Assembly: GCA_038128225.1 (NCBI GenBank)
Contig: JAYPJF010000002.1
Location: forward strand, 39,451-103,450
Reading direction: 5' to 3'
DNA length: 64,000 nucleotides
Origin: a bacterium
GTDB lineage: Bacteria; Patescibacteriota; Minisyncoccia; Phycocordibacterales; UBA2100
Made by a program: the position numbers and the translations under genes. Positions within the stretch are counted from its first letter, which is position 1; every line of letters begins with the position of its first letter. Positions 56,615 through 64,000 of the stretch are shown piece after piece. Under the pieces are notes generated by a model. It was not told the origin of the DNA, ran no database searches, and saw only the letters and a list, made by a program, of their open reading frames with translations.

Positions 56615-57329
56615 GGAGAAATTGGAAAGGATCCGCCAAACCGATTGGTGAATATACTGAACGGTACGCTTCCCCAAACGTCCGATTAATTAGAAAACCG
56701 TTTCGACGCGCGCGCGCCTCCCACATTTTTTTTACTGAATCGCTTGTGTCTACTGTTTGCACCGTATCTGGGCGAGTGCTGAATTGTGATTCGTGTGCAA
56801 GCAATGCTTTCATTTTTGTTTCCCACACGTCAGAAATATCAAGAATAAAGGAGGGCTCAAATTCCTGCCACATTTCATAATAGAGAATATGGGTAGGGCG
56901 GTGGCGCTCCTGCCCGGTTTCATACTTGCGCAACCCAGCAGTAAAAACTGCTTCTCGCACCAACTTGGGTGTGTTCTCATGATCTGGATGTCGATCAAAT
57001 TCATGGGGGATCAATATCATCCGCGGTTTGTGTTTTCTTATTGTTCGTATGAAAACATCTTGTGTTTCTCTCGAGTTAAAAAGAAAATTGTTAGGGAGGC
57101 CCAAGTTTTCTCGGACCGATACGCCAAGGATTTCCGCTGCACGCGCTGCCTCTGTCTGGCGTTCGTCTACGGTTCCGTTTGTAGAAAGTTCTCCTTTTGT
57201 TACGTCGATAATGCACGTCGTGTATTCGAGTTTGTGCGCGAGTGCGAGTAGGCCACCACAACCAAACTCGACATCGTCAGGATGGGGGCCGATTGCCATT
57301 ATGTCGACATCGTCGGGACTGTCTCTCAT
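56601..57329 (-). CDS. bshB1: BshB1-like PIG-L deacetylase
   Basis: HPDDVEFGCGG, T.GELSTNGT...R..EA..AAEILG, RENLGLP, RHPDH. Confidence 0.85.
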   Translation of the reverse strand: MRDSPDDVDIMAIGPHPDDVEFGCGGLLALAHKLEYTTCIIDVTKGELSTNGTVDERQTEAARAAEILGVSVRENLGLPNNFLFNSRETQDVFIRTIRKHKPRMILIPHEFDRHPDHENTPKLVREAVFTAGLRKYETGQERHRPTHILYYEMWQEFEPSFILDISDVWETKMKALLAHESQFSTRPDTVQTVDTSDSVKKMWEARARRNGFLINRTFGEAYRSVYSPIGLADPFQFLPNLF

Positions 57330-57364
57330 AAACGCAGTCTGCCTAACTGTTACATAAAAAGCAA

Positions 57365-57386
57365 GAGAGGCGCCGAAGCGCCTCTC
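57365..57386 (-). terminator. GC hairpin
   Basis: GAGAGGCGC-cgaa-GCGCCTCTC. Confidence 0.55.
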
Positions 57387-57389
57387 GAA

Positions 57390-58391
57390 TTACAGCTCGT
57401 GATGAGTGAACCGCGGACGCAGTTCGCCACCAAGGATTGCGTATGAAACATCAGTGGGCCGACTGTTCCAGTATCGTGCGATTGAGTCTACAACAGCGTG
57501 CGAAATATCAGGCGGCTGTTCACCGCGTCGCCGTTTGCGCTCATCATATGCACGGATCATCGCTCGGATAGGATTCACGGCGACTCGCCAATCGAACTCG
57601 ACTTGCAGTACATGCACTTTCATACGCGGCAAGTACCGATCCCTCAACTCAAGAGACTGAGCAGTGTATCCAAGCATAGTGCACGCGACATGATAGCCTC
57701 GTGCATTGTACTCAAGCAAGAGAAACATTCCTCGTGGCACAAGAACGTCCCGTTTCGAGATGGTCTCACCATGGTACGGGTGTCTCTTATAGTCTTCGTC
57801 AATCCTCCAGAACCCGTTTCTAGCGGTACGGAGGTCACGAAACAAAACGGGGGGACTCTCGCGGAAAAACTCGATAAGACCCCGGTCGACGCCTGCGTTT
57901 GAATGGAGCATTTCTCGTACACTTCGGGCTTTCGGCATGTCTGACGGTTTAACGTGGGGAGTAACTCCGCATGTCTCAGCAACACGCATCGCCCATGAGC
58001 ACTCCATATCGTGGATGCTTTGAACTAGTGGACCCACGATTGTTGAATCATCGTAGCAGGCTTTGATGGTCGCTTCTGTAGGAGGACCACTGAGATATGC
58101 GAGTTCTCTCGGGCTCTTGAAGGTTCCGGCAATGTTTGGCAACTGATGTCCAGGAGCATATAAGGTCCAGGGAATGCGACATCCCAGAGACCAGTAGTCA
58201 GTCCACTTGTTGATAACACGAGGCTCACTGAGTCCCGTGCTGATCCATGGAGTATCGGCATCTTGTGCAAGGTACATCACGTCTGCTGACGGGAACGCGC
58301 TCCTCACCGCTTTCGCGCGAAGCAGCCCTCCGCCAGCAGGCCATTGATCACCGAGCACGATCTTTCGCGGCGCGGCCTGTGTTTCGGTCAC
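57390..58391 (-). CDS. Hypothetical protein, possibly remote BshC-like
   Basis: 333-aa ORF, AAAGGA SD, directly upstream of bshB1; weak motif echoes only. Confidence 0.55.
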   Translation of the reverse strand: MTETQAAPRKIVLGDQWPAGGGLLRAKAVRSAFPSADVMYLAQDADTPWISTGLSEPRVINKWTDYWSLGCRIPWTLYAPGHQLPNIAGTFKSPRELAYLSGPPTEATIKACYDDSTIVGPLVQSIHDMECSWAMRVAETCGVTPHVKPSDMPKARSVREMLHSNAGVDRGLIEFFRESPPVLFRDLRTARNGFWRIDEDYKRHPYHGETISKRDVLVPRGMFLLLEYNARGYHVACTMLGYTAQSLELRDRYLPRMKVHVLQVEFDWRVAVNPIRAMIRAYDERKRRRGEQPPDISHAVVDSIARYWNSRPTDVSYAILGGELRPRFTHHEL

Positions 58392-58461
58392 AATTTAGTT
58401 CCTTTCTCATTATGGCACCATGTGTGACGTTACTATATACAGCGATTCTTGGCAAAGGGTT

Positions 58462-59631
58462 TCAAAACGCCTGCGTCACATGCCGACGCACCAGCGCAAG
58501 CCAGAGTGGAGAAAAAGCGAGCGATAACGCGATTACGGAGAGTGCAATTTGGTAATCAGTGTTCTTGATAAAGCCATTAGCTGCACCTAGGGTAATTAGC
58601 ACAAACGAAAACTCTCCAATTTGTCCCAACACGGCGCTCAATATCAAAGCGGATTTGAAAGGTATGTGAAGCGCACGGAGAATGATCGTGTTACACAATG
58701 TTTTCATAATAAGCACGATACCGAGTATGGCGGAAATTGTGAGTATGTTTTCGAGTATGAATGAGGGGTTGAGCATCAAGCCAATCGAGAGAAAGAACAC
58801 CATGATCAGCAGATCGTGAATAGAGTGGATGGCGTTTCGATAGGCAACACCGAGCGTGCCCACGTTTCCTAAGAGGAGTCCCATTGAAAACGCACCGTAT
58901 GCAGCGGAGAGTCCAACAGCACCACTTACCGCCGCGGCGCCGAAACAAAGTGCCATGCCGGCGACCACCGGCTGTGCGTGGCCTATACCGAGAACGCGTT
59001 CTGCACGGGTAAGCAGTCCCGGATGTTTTTGTATGTAGCCGATGGCAACGATGCTTCCTACGATGACAACAATTGCAAAAATAATGCGCAGACTATCTTC
59101 AAAGGTGACACTATCGCCTCCAAGCGTTGCGACAATTAGGAGCATCGGAATTACTGCAAGATCTTGCGCGATTAAGATTGCCGTAGCAAGTCTACCGGCA
59201 GAAGATTGGCTCGCGCGGAGCTCCCACAGCATACTCATCGCAACTGCTGTGGACGAAAGAGAAACAACAAAGCCCAATAGAATGCCCAATTGCCAACTCC
59301 ACCCCAGTAGCGAGCTAAACCCCAACATAAACATGAGGCCAATACTGATTTGGAGTCCAGTGATGATTAGTGCCGGGCGCATAGAGCGCCTAAACTGCTT
59401 GATATCAAGTTCGAGACCGAGCATGAACATCAACAAGATCACGGCGAGCTCTGCGAGCTCGTGGACCAGCGGGTCGTTTCCTTGAAGGCCTAAAAGTCCG
59501 GGCCCAATAAGCATACCGACAACGATGTATCCGACCAGCGTTGGCTGGCGGAGTCGCTGGAGGAATAGCCCACCAACAAAGGCGAGGAAAAGAATGAGTG
59601 CCAAGTGTGAAAGTGTAAACACATGTTCCAC
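58462..59631 (-). CDS. CPA2 cation:proton antiporter
   Basis: GYIVVGMLIGP, LGLEL, SLSSTA, ILIAQDL, FFLSIG, QIGEFSFVL. Confidence 0.93.
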   Translation of the reverse strand: MEHVFTLSHLALILFLAFVGGLFLQRLRQPTLVGYIVVGMLIGPGLLGLQGNDPLVHELAELAVILLMFMLGLELDIKQFRRSMRPALIITGLQISIGLMFMLGFSSLLGWSWQLGILLGFVVSLSSTAVAMSMLWELRASQSSAGRLATAILIAQDLAVIPMLLIVATLGGDSVTFEDSLRIIFAIVVIVGSIVAIGYIQKHPGLLTRAERVLGIGHAQPVVAGMALCFGAAAVSGAVGLSAAYGAFSMGLLLGNVGTLGVAYRNAIHSIHDLLIMVFFLSIGLMLNPSFILENILTISAILGIVLIMKTLCNTIILRALHIPFKSALILSAVLGQIGEFSFVLITLGAANGFIKNTDYQIALSVIALSLAFSPLWLALVRRHVTQAF

Positions 59632-59741
59632 AAATGCACTATACTAGGCACATTTTGAGTTATCCCCACATGCGCGCGCCGTTGACTTGCCGCGCATTAA
59701 AAAGTAAAAGAGAGGAAGGCGTGTGAATAGGGAGAACGGGA

Positions 59742-60038
59742 ATGAACGCCAATCTGTTCGACTATCTGTCGGAGGCCGCGCGGCGCGCAGGTCGGTATTG
59801 CTGGATGGTCCACACGGATGTGCCTGGGATCATCGTTACATTTTCGATCGCGCTCTTTTTTGTAGTGAAAGGAGGAGGCGCCTTTCCCGAGTTACCGCTT
59901 TTCGCCGACAGTCTTTGTACAGCACTGCTGTCACTCTACCTGATGTGGCTTTTGGTGGCACTTGTCTGGATGATACTTCCCGACGCCGCCAAAATCTACC
60001 TCATGGGATCTCAGGATACTCAAGACGACGATGAGTAA
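59742..60038 (+). CDS. Two-TM hypothetical protein (orphan)
   Basis: GGGAG SD, TTGACT promoter, hairpin downstream. Confidence 0.6.
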   Translation: MNANLFDYLSEAARRAGRYCWMVHTDVPGIIVTFSIALFFVVKGGGAFPELPLFADSLCTALLSLYLMWLLVALVWMILPDAAKIYLMGSQDTQDDDE

Positions 60039-60046
60039 GCGTCTCC

Positions 60047-60070
60047 AGACCGCGGCTTCGGCCGCGGTCT
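60047..60070 (+). terminator. cUUCGg-capped GC hairpin
   Basis: AGACCGCGGC-ttcg-GCCGCGGTCT. Confidence 0.65.
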
Positions 60071-60125
60071 TCTGTGTGCTATAGTGCACAGGTACCCCCA
60101 CAGGAACATACGGGGGTTCGTTTCT

Positions 60126-62708
60126 ATGGAAGACGTGATTGTTGTAAAAGGCGCGCGCACGCACAATCTGAAAAATGTGTCGGTAGAGATGCCGCGTAAT
60201 AAATTAGTTGTCTTTACAGGCCTCTCCGGCTCGGGCAAATCGTCGCTCGCCTTCGATACGATCTTTGCGGAAGGGCAGCGCAAGTATGTCGAGTCACTTT
60301 CAGCGTACGCGCGACAGTTTTTGAATAAGATGCAAAAACCTGATGTCGACGAGATCAGCGGGCTCTCCCCAGCAATTTCGATTGATCAGAAGAGCCGTTC
60401 GAACAACCCACGCTCAACCGTTGCCACTATCACCGAAATCTATGATTATCTCCGTGTTTTGTACGCCCGTGTAGGCAAACCACATTGTCTTGCCTGTGGG
60501 CATGAAGTGCGCAAGATGTCGAACGAAGAAATTCTTGGCTCGGTACTCGAGATTGTAAAAGAGGCGCGCAAGACAGGAACGAAAAAAGTAATGGATGTGG
60601 CAATTTCAGATGCAAAAATTGCGATTGTCTCTCCAGTGGTTGTCGGACGCAAGGGAGAATACTATCAGCTCTTGTACGACATGCTTGGGAAAGGGTATGA
60701 GGCCGCCTATGTTGATGGAGAGCGCAAGTCACTCCGCGAGCGCGTTGTTCTTGAGAAACAAAAAAAGCACACGATCGATATCGTGGTCGACGAAATATTT
60801 CTGACCGAGTTTAGCGATGATCCAAAAAACTCACACGAACGCGCGAGCGAAGCGATCGAGCGGGCACTTCATGAATCGGATGGGCTTGTTAGAATTATCG
60901 GTCCTGACGGTGGCGCAAAAACTGTATCGAGCAAATTCATGTGCCCACATGACGGCTTCTCTTTTCCTGAAGTTGAGCCGCGACTTTTCTCATTCAATTC
61001 TCCGTATGGCGCCTGTCCTGTGTGTAACGGCATCGGGACCAAATTCTTGTACGGTGACGAGCCGTGTGAAGCATGCGGCGGGGCGCGACTTCGCCCCGAG
61101 GCGCTTAATGTTTTTCTCGGCGGGGGCCCTACTGAAGGCAAAAACATCGTGGCAGTAAGCTCGATGTCAATCGAAGAAGCGAGTAATTTTTTCAAGAAGT
61201 TGAAGTTAACGAAGAAGGAGCAGGAAATTTCACACGCGGTTGTTAAGGAGATAACCAATCGCCTTACGTTTATGCTTGATGTCGGGATCGAGTATCTTAC
61301 CCTTGATCGGCGCGCGAATACGCTTTCAGGAGGAGAAGCACAGCGCATTCGACTCGCGTCGCAACTTGGTTCTGGTCTTGTGGGCGCATTGTATGTTTTA
61401 GATGAGCCAACTATCGGACTCCATCAGCGCGATAATGATCGCCTGATCACGACACTTAAGAATTTGCGCGATCTCGGCAACACCGTAATTGTTGTTGAGC
61501 ATGACGAAGACACTATTTATGCAGCGGATTACATCGTCGACATCGGACCCGGTGCCGGCGTGCATGGCGGTACGATTGTGGTTTCTGGGTGGCTCGAGAA
61601 ACTTCTGACTGCAAAAAAGAACGAATCAGGATCGGAGACACTGGCGTATCTGCGCGGCGAAAAAAGTATAGAGTTGCCCGAAAAACGACGCACGACAGAC
61701 AAAGGGAAAATCAAAATCCGCGGTGCAAATAAATTCAATATAAAGAATCTCTCAGTTGATGTCCCGTTGGGGAAACTCGTCTGTGTGACGGGTGTTTCCG
61801 GCTCAGGCAAGTCCACGTTTTTATACGAAATTCTTGATCGCAATTTGCGTGCGAAACTTGATCGGCGTTACCGAACCGCAAAAGTGTACAATGTAGGCAC
61901 ATTTGAGGGTACGGAGTATCTTGGCCGCACAATTTTGATAGATCAGTCGCCCATTGGCCGCACGCCCCGCTCGAATCCAGCAACGTACACGGGCGCGTTT
62001 ACCCACATTCGCGATATGTTTGCAATGACCGAAGAAGCGCGCGCGCGAGGTTGGTCTCCTGGACGCTTCAGTTTTAACGTAAAAGGCGGGAGGTGTGAGT
62101 CGTGTGAAGGCAATGGCCTCATCGCGGTTGAAATGCACTTTTTGCCCACAGTCTATGTGACCTGCGATGTGTGCAACGGAAAGCGTTTTATGAAAGAAAC
62201 GCTCGAAGTAAAGTATAAAAAGAAAAGCATTCACGATGTCCTCTCGATGACCATCGAAGAAGCACTCGCGTTTTTTGAAGATATTCCTGCGATTTCAGAT
62301 CGTCTGCAAACACTTGCCGATGTGGGACTTGGATACCTTGAGCTTGGACAAAGCGCGACGACGCTTTCTGGCGGTGAGGCCCAACGAGTCAAAATTGCTT
62401 CCGAATTGTACCGACCGCACACAACAAAGACGATGTATCTTTTGGATGAGCCAACCGTCGGGCTTCACTATGAGGACGTTCGTAAACTGATCGAAATACT
62501 TCAAAAATTGGTTGACCGCGGTAATACGGTGGTGGTTATCGAACACAACCTTGACCTGATTAAATGCGCCGACTACATCATCGACATGGGACCTGAAGGC
62601 GGTGTTGGTGGTGGCTCAATTGTCGCGAAAGGAACACCAGAAGATGTTGCCCGCGCCAAAGGATCGTTTACTGCCACTTATCTTGCACGTGCACTTAAAA
62701 AGAAGTAA
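60126..62708 (+). CDS. uvrA: Excinuclease ABC subunit A
   Basis: [26 protein letters not shown] x2, GVSGSGKST, Zn fingers. Confidence 0.98.
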   Translation: MEDVIVVKGARTHNLKNVSVEMPRNKLVVFTGLSGSGKSSLAFDTIFAEGQRKYVESLSAYARQFLNKMQKPDVDEISGLSPAISIDQKSRSNNPRSTVATITEIYDYLRVLYARVGKPHCLACGHEVRKMSNEEILGSVLEIVKEARKTGTKKVMDVAISDAKIAIVSPVVVGRKGEYYQLLYDMLGKGYEAAYVDGERKSLRERVVLEKQKKHTIDIVVDEIFLTEFSDDPKNSHERASEAIERALHESDGLVRIIGPDGGAKTVSSKFMCPHDGFSFPEVEPRLFSFNSPYGACPVCNGIGTKFLYGDEPCEACGGARLRPEALNVFLGGGPTEGKNIVAVSSMSIEEASNFFKKLKLTKKEQEISHAVVKEITNRLTFMLDVGIEYLTLDRRANTLSGGEAQRIRLASQLGSGLVGALYVLDEPTIGLHQRDNDRLITTLKNLRDLGNTVIVVEHDEDTIYAADYIVDIGPGAGVHGGTIVVSGWLEKLLTAKKNESGSETLAYLRGEKSIELPEKRRTTDKGKIKIRGANKFNIKNLSVDVPLGKLVCVTGVSGSGKSTFLYEILDRNLRAKLDRRYRTAKVYNVGTFEGTEYLGRTILIDQSPIGRTPRSNPATYTGAFTHIRDMFAMTEEARARGWSPGRFSFNVKGGRCESCEGNGLIAVEMHFLPTVYVTCDVCNGKRFMKETLEVKYKKKSIHDVLSMTIEEALAFFEDIPAISDRLQTLADVGLGYLELGQSATTLSGGEAQRVKIASELYRPHTTKTMYLLDEPTVGLHYEDVRKLIEILQKLVDRGNTVVVIEHNLDLIKCADYIIDMGPEGGVGGGSIVAKGTPEDVARAKGSFTATYLARALKKK

Positions 62709-62717
62709 CGTCCACCT

Positions 62718-63182
62718 ATGCGAATATACACGATTGTCGGAATTATTCTTTTCGTAATCATTGGACTTTTTGCGTGGGGCCAATTTAACGCAGCGCAAAA
62801 ACCTGTTTCGTACTGGGAAAGCACGCCGATCGCATGCCTCTCAAATGGGCACGAAAATCTCTCGCTTCATATACACCAAGAATTATTTGTGCTTGTTGAT
62901 GGAGTAGAAGAGACAGTTCCGGCGAATATCGGCATTACTCCTTCATGCATGGCGGAAGTGCACACACACGACACAACGGGGAAACTACACGTAGAGGCAA
63001 CTCGCAGCGACAAAAAGTTTACTCTTGAAGATTTGTTCACCATTCAGCACATGCCGATAGAACGGAGTGGGTATTCACTTGCGATTGACGTTGATGGAAA
63101 GAAAGTCTCATCCGCGAAAGAAGTTGAACTCAGGGACGGGCAGCGCATTGTTATGGCGTATACCTCTGTCCCCACGCAATAG
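62718..63182 (+). CDS. Exported His-motif hypothetical protein
   Basis: TM; HIH..VPANIGI..C..HTHD.TG.LHVE. Confidence 0.75.
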   Translation: MRIYTIVGIILFVIIGLFAWGQFNAAQKPVSYWESTPIACLSNGHENLSLHIHQELFVLVDGVEETVPANIGITPSCMAEVHTHDTTGKLHVEATRSDKKFTLEDLFTIQHMPIERSGYSLAIDVDGKKVSSAKEVELRDGQRIVMAYTSVPTQ

Positions 63183-63243
63183 TTGCCGGCTTTGTAACGC
63201 TTGGTACAGTCAGAGTCTAGAGTGTCACGCGGAGGAAGAAGTG

Positions 63244-63645
63244 ATGGGTGAAAACCACAGGCTGTCTCTGGCGGAAATTTGTGAGCGAGTCGAGGTGATC
63301 AATGCTTCGATAGAGCGGTGGAAAGGGCGGCCGCATGTACCGACTTTGCACACAAGTCGCGGACGAGAACGCAAAACCAGCGAATATTACGCTGGGCGCT
63401 TTTATGCGCGGAAGGACGTGTTACTGTACCTTGAAATACATTTTGGTGTTGCCGATCTCGGGGCGCTGTTTCTTTTGTGCCAGCGGCATATGAGCGGGCC
63501 GTTAAGTGTGCGCACGAGGCGCATGGTAGCGCAAACGCTTGCCGACTACCATAACGGGAGTGCGCTACCGTGTTTTGTGCTCGCAACATATGTCATGCTT
63601 CGGGAAGAAGGGCAAAAAATCCCTGCGTTGGCAGCAGCGGAGTAG
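63244..63645 (+). CDS. Hypothetical protein (orphan)
   Basis: GGAGG SD; TTGCCG-16-TACAGT. Confidence 0.55.
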   Translation: MGENHRLSLAEICERVEVINASIERWKGRPHVPTLHTSRGRERKTSEYYAGRFYARKDVLLYLEIHFGVADLGALFLLCQRHMSGPLSVRTRRMVAQTLADYHNGSALPCFVLATYVMLREEGQKIPALAAAE

Positions 63646-63731
63646 TTGCGGCCTTCACGCGAAAACTTCTTGCCTTTTTCATGTTTTATCCTATAGAATT
63701 AGGGCAGCTGGGGAAAACAGATGAGGCTAGT

Positions 63732-64000
63732 ATGAGACTGCGTCGCAAGCATCCGTCGGCGCTGAGGGCGTCGACGTCACCTATTGCCGTGTTGTATGTA
63801 GCGTATGATACGGCGTCGGCGCCCGAGATATTCAATCGGGCGTATGAGCATTCGACTGGGTGTTCGAGATGGCGCAAAGGCGCGCAGCCTCGGATCCACC
63901 AGGATCTCGATGTCTTTTACGAGGAAGGCGTGTTGCCAGACTACGTGGAGGCACAGCGTCTGCTCCACTGTGAGAAACTGCTCTCGCGGCGAATGCAAAC
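63732..64000 (+). CDS. Partial hypothetical protein (runs off window)
   Basis: MRLRRKHPSA... open to the end; GAGG SD and TTGCCT..TAGAAT upstream. Confidence 0.45.
   Translation, partial: MRLRRKHPSALRASTSPIAVLYVAYDTASAPEIFNRAYEHSTGCSRWRKGAQPRIHQDLDVFYEEGVLPDYVEAQRLLHCEKLLSRRMQ

Noticed and set aside
60090-60125. LexA box upstream of uvrA
   Set aside because: GAAC-N8-GTTC does not match the GAAC-N4-GTTC spacing; it is better explained as a leader hairpin (ACCCCC/GGGGGT).
63777-63998. Minus-strand 73-aa ORF at the window end
   Set aside because: The plus-strand frame from 63732 has promoter and SD support; this cannot be fully resolved at the edge.
1-64000. Alternative genetic code (UGA=Gly)
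   Set aside because: Conserved genes end cleanly at TGA (dprA, tyrS, ABC-F) with no in-frame TGA interruptions.

Overview
This is a gene-dense bacterial window using standard code 11. Its gene content and protein style fit a Patescibacteria/CPR (Parcubacteria-like) genome, which is an inference. Housekeeping genes include topA, dprA, serS, an ftsQ-like gene, dus, dnaX, tRNA-Gln(TTG), ABC-F, lemA-TPM, xfp-ackA, tyrS, hsp20, FKBP, uvrB and uvrA. They are interleaved with stand-alone orphan genes and a ~15 kb cell-surface/glycosylation locus (cohesin, dockerin, WxL/pilin-like, fibre-like and glyco-enzyme genes). Main highlights: (1) a repeat-delimited two-cassette array at the tRNA-Gln 3' end with no integrase in the window; (2) inside cassette 1, an AT-rich gene pair in which a small TM protein's C-terminus and the next protein's N-terminus share a QKAGDNS-x(3)-Q-x-G motif, the layout of amyloid-signalling (BASS/RHIM-like) cell-death systems but with a non-NLR partner; (3) bshA and bshB1 plus a possible highly divergent BshC-like gene; (4) a candidate ~95-nt sRNA with an anti-SD tract upstream of tyrS; (5) a split between apparently leaderless core genes and SD-led, hairpin-terminated orphan genes. 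All family calls come from motif recognition by eye; no searches were run.
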